Shown: positions 8,119 through 16,130, numbered from the stretch's first letter. The stretch is DNA of 32,000 nucleotides from Propionibacterium ruminifibrarum (GCF_900289195.1 NZ_OMOH01000007.1:60001-92000), one strand, 5' to 3'. A program made the numbers and translations. The notes: a model not told the origin generated them from the sequence alone.

Positions 8119-8781
8119 ATGGCGAACAGTCCGCGTCTACAGATCGCCCTGGACACCTTCGACCTGCCGTCCGCCCTCGGCCCGCTGCAGAAGGCTGCAG
8201 GGGACGTCGACGTCATCGAGTGCGGCACCATCCTGGTGCTGTGCGAGGGCTACCACGCGGTGCGGGCCATCCGTGCCCTGTTCCCCGACAAGAAGATCCT
8301 TGCCGACGTGCGCATCGCCGAGGCGGGCGCGAAGATCTCCCGGCTGGCGTTCGAGGCCGGCGCCGACATGGTCTCCTGCGTGGCCGGCGCCTCGCTGACG
8401 ACGATCCAGCAGGTCTGCAAGGTCGCCGCCGAGTTCGGGGGCGAGGTGCAGGTGGAGCTGGCCGACGAGTGGTACGACGTCGAACGGGCCAGGGCATGGC
8501 GCGCGGCGGGCGTGCAGCACGTCATCGTCAAACGCTCCCGCGACCGTGAGGCGGCCGGCGACCTGAGCTGGAAGCCCGACGACATCGCCCGGATCGACGA
8601 ACTCGCCGCACTCGGGTTCACGGTCACGATCACCGGCGGCATCTCCCCGAAGGACCTGCCCGTCTTCGCCGGGCACCCGGTGGGCATCGTCATTGCCGGG
8701 CGCTCCATCGTCGAGGCGGACGACCCCGCCGCGGCCGCCCACGAGCTCAAGAGCACCATCGAGCAGGTGTGGCATGAGTGA
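8119..8781 (+). CDS. UlaD/SgbH-like 3-keto-L-gulonate-6-phosphate decarboxylase-family protein (OMPDC suprafamily), divergent active site
   Basis: 220 aa, collinear with E. coli UlaD as I remember it (LQIALD, VDVIECGTIL, EVQVEL, RSRD, TVTITGG, IAGRSI). The DxKxxD motif reads DVRIAE here (nt 8305-8322). Confidence 0.8.
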   Translation: MANSPRLQIALDTFDLPSALGPLQKAAGDVDVIECGTILVLCEGYHAVRAIRALFPDKKILADVRIAEAGAKISRLAFEAGADMVSCVAGASLTTIQQVCKVAAEFGGEVQVELADEWYDVERARAWRAAGVQHVIVKRSRDREAAGDLSWKPDDIARIDELAALGFTVTITGGISPKDLPVFAGHPVGIVIAGRSIVEADDPAAAAHELKSTIEQVWHE

Positions 8782-9646
8782 ACTGGCCGACGGCATCACG
8801 CTGGGCATCTACGAGAAGGCACTCGTCGGGAACCCGCTGCAGACCAGTGACCAGTGGTGCCGCTTCCTCGACCAGGTGCCGGCAGCCGGATTCAGCTACC
8901 TGGACATCTCGATCGACGAGAGCCCCGAACGCGAGGCCAGACTCGACTGGGACCAGGACATGCGTCGCATGGTCAGGGGCGCCGTCGAATCGGTCGGCAC
9001 GATGATCGGCGGGCTGTGCCTGTCGCTGCATCGCAGGATCGGCCCCGGCTCGGCGGATCCGGCGGTGCGCGCGCACGCCCGGCGGGTCATGGCCCAGGGC
9101 CTGCGGCTCTGCCACGACCTGGGCATCGGCGTCCTGCAGGTGGCCGGCTACTACTGCTACTACGAGGACCCCAACCCCGACGCGGAGCGCCACTACGCAC
9201 AGCTGCTGGCCGACGCGGTACCGATGGCCGCCCGGCTGGGCGTCGTCATGGGCATCGAGAACGTCGACGGCACCGACGTGACCTCCGTGTGCAAGGCGAT
9301 GCAGTTCGTCCGCGAGGTCGACTCCCCGTACCTGCAGGTGTACCCCGACCTCGGCAACATCGCCGAGCAGGGCCTGGATCCCGACATCGAGCTGGCGGCC
9401 GGACGCGGCCACATGGTGGCCCTGCACGCCAAGGACGTGCGCGTCGGGGAACCCCGGCGGGTCGACATGGGCACCGGAATCGTCGACTGGGACCACAGCT
9501 TCGACCTGCTCAAGGCCCAGGGCTGGGCCGGCCGCATGATGATCGAGATGTGGAACGACGACGCTCCTGACTCCAACGAGCGCTCCAGCCGGGCACGGGA
9601 GTTCATCACCGAGCACCTCACGAAGGCCGGCATACCGGTCCTGTAA
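8774..9646 (+). CDS. L-xylulose/L-ribulose-5-phosphate 3-epimerase (UlaE/SgbU-like, xylose-isomerase-like TIM barrel)
   Basis: The start is trimmed to the ATG at 8774, an 8-nt overlap with the upstream stop. The protein is collinear with UlaE (LGIYEKAL, RLDW, LSLHRR, QVAGY..YYE, QVYPDLGN, IEMW). Confidence 0.85.
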   Translation: MSELADGITLGIYEKALVGNPLQTSDQWCRFLDQVPAAGFSYLDISIDESPEREARLDWDQDMRRMVRGAVESVGTMIGGLCLSLHRRIGPGSADPAVRAHARRVMAQGLRLCHDLGIGVLQVAGYYCYYEDPNPDAERHYAQLLADAVPMAARLGVVMGIENVDGTDVTSVCKAMQFVREVDSPYLQVYPDLGNIAEQGLDPDIELAAGRGHMVALHAKDVRVGEPRRVDMGTGIVDWDHSFDLLKAQGWAGRMMIEMWNDDAPDSNERSSRAREFITEHLTKAGIPVL

Positions 9647-9669
9647 CGGCGCCCACGGCGCCCCGTCTC

Positions 9670-9712
9670 GTGCCCCTGCGGCCGGCGACCGGAACCCGGC
9701 CGCAGGGCGCAC
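9670..9712 (+). terminator. intra-operon hairpin (attenuator or processing site) between the epimerase genes
   Basis: gtgcccctgcggccgg (9670-9685) pairs with ccggccgcagggcgcac (9696-9712). That gives 12 bp plus 4 bp with one bulged G, and a 10-nt loop. A GTTTTG run lies about 20 nt downstream. It sits in a 115-bp gap inside an otherwise tightly coupled operon. Confidence 0.45.
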
Positions 9713-9761
9713 CCCGAAACCCCAACCATCATCGTTTTGACGTTCGAGGAGGAACGTTCCC

Positions 9762-10430
9762 ATGCTGGAAGCACTCAAAGAAGAGGTGTGCGAGGGCAAC
9801 ATGGCCCTTCCGCGCCACGGCCTGGTCATCTGGACCGGAGGCAACCTGTCGGCCCGCGACCCGCAGACGGGTCTGGTCGTCATCAAGCCATCGGGCGTGC
9901 TGTACGACCACATGAGCCCCGACGACATGGTCGTCGTCGACCTCGACGGCAAGGTCGTCGAGGGCAGTCACGGCCCGTCCTCGGACACGGCCTCTCACCT
10001 GTACGTCTACCGTCACCGTGAGGACGTGCGGTCGGTGATTCACACCCACTCGACCTTCGCCACCGCGTGGGCGGCCACCGGCCAGCCCATCCCGTGCTGC
10101 CTCACCGCGGTCGCCGACGAGTTCGGCGGCCCCGTACCGTGCGGCGGCTACGCGAACATCGGCACCGAGGAGATCGGCGAGCAGATCATGGCGCACATCG
10201 GCGACTCGCCGGCCATCCTGCTCAAGCAGCACGGCGTGTTCACCATCGGGACCACCATCGAGAAGGCGGTGAAGGCCGCCGTCATGGTCGAGGACGTGGC
10301 ACGCACCATCACCTACGCCAAGATCGTCGGCCAGATCGAGGACCTCCCCCAGGAGGCCATCGATGCCAACCACGACCGTTACATGAACCGCTACGGCACC
10401 GCTGCCGCATCCACGGGGGTGAGCGAATGA
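9762..10430 (+). CDS. L-ribulose-5-phosphate 4-epimerase (AraD/UlaF/SgbE, class II aldolase fold)
   Basis: 222 aa, with RBS GAGGAGG at 9746-9752. It is collinear with E. coli AraD (IKPSG, PSSDT, IHTHS, ADEF, KQHG, C-terminal Tyr). The Zn His ligands are present. Confidence 0.88.
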   Translation: MLEALKEEVCEGNMALPRHGLVIWTGGNLSARDPQTGLVVIKPSGVLYDHMSPDDMVVVDLDGKVVEGSHGPSSDTASHLYVYRHREDVRSVIHTHSTFATAWAATGQPIPCCLTAVADEFGGPVPCGGYANIGTEEIGEQIMAHIGDSPAILLKQHGVFTIGTTIEKAVKAAVMVEDVARTITYAKIVGQIEDLPQEAIDANHDRYMNRYGTAAASTGVSE

Positions 10431-11380
10431 GCAAGTACGAGATCTCAACCATCGGCGAGGGGCAGATCCGCCTGACCTGCTTCAAGGGCGAGCGCCTCAT
10501 GAGCGCTCACCAGCTGCGCATGACCGCGGCCTGCTCCGAGGCGAACGTCGCCGGCCTGCTCAGTCAGCTCGGGCGCAGGGCCTCGTGGGCTTCGGTGATG
10601 CCCCGTGGCGAACTCGCCGACCGGGTGGTCAACGAGTTCCGCGGCGTGGGCGTGGACGTGTCCAACGTCGTCATCAAGCCCGAGGGCCGGGTCGCCCTCT
10701 ACTTCATGGAGCCCGGCGAGTACCCGATGCCCGCGAAGGTGGTCTACGACCGCGAGCACACGCCCTTCCGCTCGGTGACCAGCGCCGACCTGAACTGGGA
10801 CGACATGCTCGACACCGAACTGGTGTTCGTCACCGGCATCACCGCGGCCCTGACCCAGAACACGGCGGCTGTCATCACCGAGTTCGTCGACCGCGCCGCC
10901 GACCGGGGAGTGAAGATCGCACTCGACGTGAACTACCGCTCACTGCTGTGGGACACCGACCGGGCGCGCCAGGTGCTGGAGCCGATCGCCCGCAAGTCGA
11001 GCATCGTGTTCTGCTCCCGACGTGACGGCGAGGCCGTGTTCGGCGTGGAGGCTCCCGGGCAGGGCGCCTGCCGTGCGTTGCGCGAGCTGTTCGGGGTGCC
11101 CACCGTCGTCTCCACCGACCAGGTCGACGGCGTCTACCTGTCGGACGAGACCAGAGGCGACAAGACCTTCGAGGTCACCCGCGTGCCGGTCCTCGACCGT
11201 CCCGGTGCCGGCGACGCATTCGTCGCGGGAACCCTGCACGGCTTCCTGGCCGGCGACGTCGAACAGGGCATCAAGTACGGGCAGCGCACCAGCGCGTTCG
11301 CCCTGACCCACTACGGCGACCTGACGCGGCTGTCGCCGAGTGAACTGGACATTCCCACCACCACGGACATCGTCCGCTGA
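10427..11380 (+). CDS. PfkB-family carbohydrate kinase (2-dehydro-3-deoxygluconokinase-like)
   Basis: The start is trimmed to the ATG at 10427, an ATGA overlap with the upstream stop. It carries the PfkB signature DRPGAGDAFVAGTLHG and has a ribokinase-like N-terminus (ISTIGEGQIRL). Confidence 0.85.
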   Translation: MSKYEISTIGEGQIRLTCFKGERLMSAHQLRMTAACSEANVAGLLSQLGRRASWASVMPRGELADRVVNEFRGVGVDVSNVVIKPEGRVALYFMEPGEYPMPAKVVYDREHTPFRSVTSADLNWDDMLDTELVFVTGITAALTQNTAAVITEFVDRAADRGVKIALDVNYRSLLWDTDRARQVLEPIARKSSIVFCSRRDGEAVFGVEAPGQGACRALRELFGVPTVVSTDQVDGVYLSDETRGDKTFEVTRVPVLDRPGAGDAFVAGTLHGFLAGDVEQGIKYGQRTSAFALTHYGDLTRLSPSELDIPTTTDIVR

Positions 11381-11397
11381 GCCACCTGGCCCGGCGA

Positions 11398-11422
11398 CCG
11401 CCCCGGAGCCGTTCCGGGGCGG
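11398..11422 (+). terminator. small hairpin between the kinase and MFS genes
   Basis: ccgccccgga / tccggggcgg forms a 10-bp stem with the 5-nt loop gccgt, starting 18 nt after the kinase stop. An AT-richer leader (catttccacagaaagaactgatca) follows before the MFS ATG. Confidence 0.4.
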
Positions 11423-11453
11423 GCATGTCCATTTCCACAGAAAGAACTGATCA

Positions 11454-12809
11454 ATGAGTGCTGTGAATGCGGAGCAGACCGCTCTGCAACAGATCGACTC
11501 GAGGCCGTTGACCGGCCATCAGAAGAGCCTCATCGGGCTCGCCATCGTCGGGAACATCTCGGAGTTCTTCGACATGTTCCTCATCGGATTCGTCGTGTCC
11601 CTGCTCACCAAGCCCTGGAACCTGACCGGCACCGAGACCGGCATCATCCTCGCCTGCTCCGGCCTGGGCACGGTCGTGGGCGCCATCATGTGGGGCCGTC
11701 TGGCCGACAAGATGGGTCGCAGGCGCACCTTCTTCTGGTGCGTCCTGCTGTTCGTCACCTTCACCGTCATCTCGGTGTTCACCCCCGACCGCGGCTGGGC
11801 CATGCTCGCCGTGCTGCGCGTCGGCGTCGGCATCGGCGTCGGCGGTCTGAACATCACCTCGATCCCGTACGTCCAGGAGTTCGTGCCCGCCAAGCAGCGC
11901 GGCCTGCTGTCCGGGCTCGCCTCCGTGTTCATCCCGCTCGGCCTGTTCCTCGGCTCCCTGGCCCAGAAGGCCTTCCACGAGAACTGGCGTCTGCTCATCG
12001 GCCTCGGCGCGCTACCCGTGTTCCTGCTCATCTGGATCCGCGCCGTGCCCGAGTCCCCGCGCTTCCTGCAGACCAAGGGCCGCCTCGACGAGGCACGCGC
12101 CTCGCTGGCCTGGGCTCTGGAGATCCCCGTCGAGGAGCTGGGTTCCCTGCCCGAGGTCAAGCAGGAGGCCTCCGCCTCGTACGGGACGCTGCTGCGCAAG
12201 CACCTGAAGCCGCTGGTCATCGTGACGCTCGGCTCGTTCTGCTTCATCCTCGGCTCCTTCACCGTGCAGTCCTGGGGGCAGACCCTGCTGCAGACCGGCT
12301 ACGCCAAGAGCGCCAGCACGGTGGGTTCGCTGTTCATGGTGGTCTCGCTGGCCGACCTGCTCGGCAGGCTGGGTTCGGCCTGGCTCGCCGACCGGATCGG
12401 GCGGCGCTGGACGATGTTCCTGTACGGCCTCATCGGCGCCGCCGGATCGCTCGTCGTGGCGTTCTCGGCACACCTGCAGGCGAGCTGGGTGATCTTCTTC
12501 ATCGGCATCCTGGTGACCATGGGCTTCGGTGACGGCGCCTTCGGGATCCTCAACGCCTTCGGCGGCGAGCAGTTCCCCAACGAGGTGCGGTCCACCGGTC
12601 TGGGCCTGGGCTACGGCATCGGGTCGAGTGCCAAGATCTTCGGCCCGGCCCTCATGGGTGCGATGATCGGCGGTAACGCCGTGCAGCAGAACGTCACGCT
12701 CGACGCGGTGTTCCCCGCCTTCCTGCTGTTCGCCGGGCTGCTCCTGCTCGGCGGCGTCATCTACCTGTTCGCCAAGGAGACGAAGGGGGTCGCGCTGGAG
12801 GAGATCTGA
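11454..12809 (+). CDS. MFS transporter (metabolite/organic-acid:H+ symporter-like)
   Basis: 451 aa with about 12 hydrophobic spans. MFS motif A is present (WGRLADKMGRRR), with a second copy in the C-terminal half (LADRIGRRW). Confidence 0.85.
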   Translation: MSAVNAEQTALQQIDSRPLTGHQKSLIGLAIVGNISEFFDMFLIGFVVSLLTKPWNLTGTETGIILACSGLGTVVGAIMWGRLADKMGRRRTFFWCVLLFVTFTVISVFTPDRGWAMLAVLRVGVGIGVGGLNITSIPYVQEFVPAKQRGLLSGLASVFIPLGLFLGSLAQKAFHENWRLLIGLGALPVFLLIWIRAVPESPRFLQTKGRLDEARASLAWALEIPVEELGSLPEVKQEASASYGTLLRKHLKPLVIVTLGSFCFILGSFTVQSWGQTLLQTGYAKSASTVGSLFMVVSLADLLGRLGSAWLADRIGRRWTMFLYGLIGAAGSLVVAFSAHLQASWVIFFIGILVTMGFGDGAFGILNAFGGEQFPNEVRSTGLGLGYGIGSSAKIFGPALMGAMIGGNAVQQNVTLDAVFPAFLLFAGLLLLGGVIYLFAKETKGVALEEI

Positions 12810-12835
12810 GTCGCCACCTTGAGGTGAGCGTGTGA

Positions 12836-12878
12836 CCGGGGCCGGGCACGTCCTGTGGCGGACGTGGCCCGGCCCCGG
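12836..12878 (+). terminator. operon-end hairpin terminator
   Basis: ccggggccgggcacgtcc (12836-12853) pairs with ggacgtggcccggccccgg (12860-12878). The stem is 18 bp with one bulged G, and the loop is 6 nt. It starts 27 nt after the MFS stop. Confidence 0.65.
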
Positions 12879-12954
12879 CCCGTGTCCAGCTCGCGGCGGG
12901 GCTGGTTGGGCCGCCGAGGCGCCCCTTAGGCTAAGGGCGGGAGGGCGATCTGAC

Positions 12955-13491
12955 GTGACGACATTTCTCATCATCGGCGGCGCGGGCGTGGCACTGCTCC
13001 TGCTCGCGCTCATCGTCGGTGACGTGCTCGACGGCGTCCTCGGCTCCACCGAGGGCCTCCTCGACTCGGACGTCTTCTCCACGGCCGGGCTCGCCGGCCT
13101 GGTCGGCGGTTTTGGTTTCGGCGGCGCCATCGGCCTGGGCGTCAGCGGCGTCACGATGATCGGCGTCCTGTGCGGTCTGGTGCTCGGCGTCTCGCTGGCG
13201 TACGGGGCGACGAAGCTCACCCGGGCGCTGCGCCACCAGGGCAGCTCCAACACCGTCCGCACGGACTCGCTGGTCGGCTCGGAGGCGAGCGTCATCACCG
13301 CCATCCCCGCCAACGGCTACGGCCAGATCCGGCTGTCCCACAACGGGCACCTGGTCACCATCTCGGCGCGCTGCGACACCGCCATCGAGGCGGGCTCGCG
13401 GGTGTGGATCAGCGAGGTCCTCACGCCGACCGCCGTCGGCGTGCACCCGATCGACGCCCTGCCCGCCGGTGACGCGGAGCAGGAACGTTAG
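12955..13491 (+). CDS. NfeD-family membrane protein (flotillin-associated, C-terminal OB-fold)
   Basis: The start is set at the GTG at 12955, with RBS GGGAGGG at 12940-12946. The upstream part of the track ORF runs through the terminator hairpin. It has a Gly-rich TM N-half and a soluble tail (GSEASVITAIPANGYGQIRL...GSRVWISEV). It lies directly upstream of flotillin. Confidence 0.75.
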   Translation: MTTFLIIGGAGVALLLLALIVGDVLDGVLGSTEGLLDSDVFSTAGLAGLVGGFGFGGAIGLGVSGVTMIGVLCGLVLGVSLAYGATKLTRALRHQGSSNTVRTDSLVGSEASVITAIPANGYGQIRLSHNGHLVTISARCDTAIEAGSRVWISEVLTPTAVGVHPIDALPAGDAEQER

Positions 13492-13578
13492 GGAGGGTTC
13501 CGGGCGCCAACCCCTGGCGTGCCGGGCGCGGCGTCCAGTAGCGTGACCCGGTCCACCACCCACCAGTGAAGGAGAACA

Positions 13579-15072
13579 GTGCAAGGCATCGTCACAGCAA
13601 TCATCGGGGTGATCGTCCTCCTCGTGCTCATCGGCCTGCTCATCGCGAGCCGCTACCGCGTGGCCGGTCCGAACGAGGCGTTCATCGTCACCGGACGCCG
13701 CGGCAAGGAGGTCATCAATCCCGAGACCGGCATCGTGTCCACCGACCTGTCGGGGCAGAAGGTCGTCATGGGCGGGGGCGTCTTCGTCATCCCGTTCATC
13801 CAGCGGCTGTACATCATGGACCTGTCCAGCCGGCGCATCATGGTTCAGATCCGCGGCGCCGTCTCGGGCCAGGGCATCAAGTTGAACCTCGACGGCGTCG
13901 CCATCGTGAAGGTGGGCGGCAACGAGGACTCCATCCGCGCTGCCGCGCAGCGCTTCCTCACCCAGCAGGAGCAGATCGAGTCCTTCACCCAGGAGACCCT
14001 CGCCGGCTCGCTGCGTTCCATCGTCGGCGGCCTGACCGTTGAGCAGATCATCCGCGACCGCGCGGCCTTCGCCCAGCGCGTCGCCGACGAGTCCGAGACC
14101 TCCCTCACCGGTCAGGGCCTGGTGCTGGACACCTTCCAGATCCAGGACATCACCGACGACGGCACCTACCTGAGCGACCTGGGACGCCCCGAGGCGGCGA
14201 AGGTGCAGCAGCAGGCCGCGGTCGCCGAGGCCTCCTCGCGGCAGGAGGCGGAGCAGGCCCGCATCATCGCCCAGCAGGAGATCGCGATCTCCGAGCGGGC
14301 GCTCATGCTGAAGCAGGCCGAGATCAAGGCCGAGACCGACGCGGCTGCAGCGCAGGCGGCGGCGGCCGGCCCGCTGGCCCAGGCCGACCGCGACCAGGCC
14401 ATCCTCGCCGAGCAGGAGAAGGTGGCCGTGCGTCAGGCGGCCCTGAAGGACCGCCAGCTCGACACCGAGATCCGCAAGCCCGCCGACGCCGAGCGGTACC
14501 GCATGGAGACCGAGGCCGAGGGCCGCAAGAACTCCGAGATCTTCGAGGCGGAGGCCGCCAAGGCCGCCGCCATCGCCTCCGCCGAGGCCGACGCCGAGAA
14601 GTCGCGCCTGATCGGTGTCGGTGACAAGTCCCGCCGGACGGCCCTCGCCGAGGCGGCCGCCATCGAGGGCGCCAAGCAGGGCGAGGCCGAGAAGTCCCGC
14701 CGTGTGGCCGAGGCAGAGGCGGTCCGCGCCGAGGGCGAGGCGCAGGCGGCCGCCATCCTGGCCACCGGTCAGGCCGAGGCCGAGGCCATGCACAAGAAGG
14801 CCGATGCGTACGCCCGGTACAACGACGCCGCCATCGTCGAGATGCTCGTCAACGCCCTGCCCCAGGTGGCCGAGAAGATCGCCGCCCCGATGGGCAACAT
14901 CGACAAGTACACGGTCATCAGCGCCGACGGCGCCGGCTCCGGCCCCCGGCAGGTCACCGGCACCGTCGTCGAGACCATGGAGATGATCAAGAACGCCACC
15001 GGCGTCGATCTGCAGGAACTCGCCTCGAACTACGCCCGCAAGCGGGTCGAGGGTGACCAGCTGGCCCAGTGA
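13579..15072 (+). CDS. flotillin-like SPFH/band-7 protein
   Basis: 497 aa, with a GTG start and RBS GAAGGAG at 13568-13574. It has an N-terminal membrane anchor and an SPFH domain. A long Ala/Glu/Gln-rich coiled coil (EA repeats) and a flotillin-type C-terminus follow. Confidence 0.88.
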   Translation: MQGIVTAIIGVIVLLVLIGLLIASRYRVAGPNEAFIVTGRRGKEVINPETGIVSTDLSGQKVVMGGGVFVIPFIQRLYIMDLSSRRIMVQIRGAVSGQGIKLNLDGVAIVKVGGNEDSIRAAAQRFLTQQEQIESFTQETLAGSLRSIVGGLTVEQIIRDRAAFAQRVADESETSLTGQGLVLDTFQIQDITDDGTYLSDLGRPEAAKVQQQAAVAEASSRQEAEQARIIAQQEIAISERALMLKQAEIKAETDAAAAQAAAAGPLAQADRDQAILAEQEKVAVRQAALKDRQLDTEIRKPADAERYRMETEAEGRKNSEIFEAEAAKAAAIASAEADAEKSRLIGVGDKSRRTALAEAAAIEGAKQGEAEKSRRVAEAEAVRAEGEAQAAAILATGQAEAEAMHKKADAYARYNDAAIVEMLVNALPQVAEKIAAPMGNIDKYTVISADGAGSGPRQVTGTVVETMEMIKNATGVDLQELASNYARKRVEGDQLAQ

Positions 15073-15116
15073 CCGGCACTGCGGCGGCCGTCTGAGGGCG
15101 GCCGGTCGCGGCCTGC

Positions 15117-15152
15117 GGGCCCGCGCCATGGGGTGACTCATGGCGCGGGCCC
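15117..15152 (+). terminator. hairpin terminator after flotillin
   Basis: Perfect 14-bp stem, gggcccgcgccatg (15117-15130) / catggcgcgggccc (15139-15152), with an 8-nt loop, followed by GTCTTCGT. The right arm contains the ATG at 15140. Confidence 0.6.
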
Positions 15153-15163
15153 GTCTTCGTAAG

Positions 15164-16102
15164 ATGGGTCCCGTGACTTCCCCACGCGAGCCCCGACGGC
15201 GCGCCGGGGGCGGACCCGAGAGGTCTGCTCCCGGCAGCGCCACCACCCTCGTCGGTTCGCTCCGTGCGCAGTGGTCCCGAAGGCCCTGGTACCGGGCCGT
15301 GCTCGTCGCCCTGGCCCTCGTCCTGGTCGTCGTGCTCGTCCTGGTCCGGTGCACCGGCAGGGGCGGCGGGCAGCAGGAGCAGGGTGCGGCCCCGGCGAGC
15401 AGCGCCCCGCAGGAGGCCAGTGCGGTCCCCAGCATCTCGGTGGGGTCCAGTGACGCCCCGCTGCCCTCCGCCATGGCCGGCAACCCGACCACCGCGACCG
15501 TCATCATCAACGGCGTGACCCTCAAGGCCTCCCGTGACGAGCAGGGCTACTGGCACTCGAACATCGCCTCGACCGGCCAGTGGCGGATCGCCGGCCTGGA
15601 CGTCGCCCCGTCCCAGCAGACCGCCACCGTGCACACCTACGCGGTCCAGGTCGAGGAGGGCCTTCCGCTGGACGTCGAGGCCACGGCCACCCAGATCTCC
15701 TCGATCCTCAACGACGAGCGGGGCTGGACCGGGTTCCGGGACAACAGCTTCCAGCTGGTCTCGGACCCGGCGAGGGCTGACTTCACGATCTACGTGGGCA
15801 GCGCCGGCACGGTCGACGAGCTGTGCTGGCCCGATGACACCGAGGGCCTGGTGGACTGCCGCAACGGGGACCGGATCGCCCTCAACATCGACCGCTGGCT
15901 GTTCGCCGCGCCGCCGTACGGCGGCCAGACCATCGACGCCTACCGCACCTACCTGGTCAACCACGAGGTCGGCCACTACATCGGCTTCGGGCACGTGCCC
16001 TGTCCCGGCGATGGCCAGCCCTCCCCGATCATGGTGCAGCAGACCATCGACCTGCAGGGCTGCGTGCCGGCCTGGTGGCCGGCCGAGGTCGGCTACACCT
16101 GA
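15164..16102 (+). CDS. DUF3152-like membrane-anchored putative zinc metallopeptidase (HExxH)
   Basis: It has one TM helix (AVLVALALVLVVVLVLV), then a low-complexity linker and a C-terminal domain with NHEVGHYIGFGH. The start is uncertain among 15140, 15164 and GTG 15173. I chose 15164 because 15140 is buried in the terminator stem. Confidence 0.65.
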   Translation: MGPVTSPREPRRRAGGGPERSAPGSATTLVGSLRAQWSRRPWYRAVLVALALVLVVVLVLVRCTGRGGGQQEQGAAPASSAPQEASAVPSISVGSSDAPLPSAMAGNPTTATVIINGVTLKASRDEQGYWHSNIASTGQWRIAGLDVAPSQQTATVHTYAVQVEEGLPLDVEATATQISSILNDERGWTGFRDNSFQLVSDPARADFTIYVGSAGTVDELCWPDDTEGLVDCRNGDRIALNIDRWLFAAPPYGGQTIDAYRTYLVNHEVGHYIGFGHVPCPGDGQPSPIMVQQTIDLQGCVPAWWPAEVGYT

Positions 16103-16130
16103 GACGAACGATCCATCGGGGCGTGCTTTT

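Noticed and set aside
12832-12954. ATG-initiated N-terminal extension of the NfeD ORF
   Set aside because: The extension runs straight through the 18-bp terminator hairpin of the upstream operon. The GTG at 12955 has a GGGAGGG RBS, and the protein then begins with the expected TM segment.
14160-14800. Apparent nucleotide-level repetitiveness (gcc/gag/gcg runs) that could be mistaken for a tandem repeat or CRISPR-like array
   Set aside because: It is the Ala/Glu/Gln-rich coiled-coil region of flotillin. It has no regular repeat-spacer periodicity and lies in frame within a conserved CDS.
12931-15525. 864-aa minus-strand ORF
   Set aside because: It is antisense to NfeD, flotillin and the DUF3152 gene, and it crosses two terminator hairpins. 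Its sequence is repetitive Gly/Leu/Arg/Asp shadow translation of the flotillin EA-rich coiled coil.
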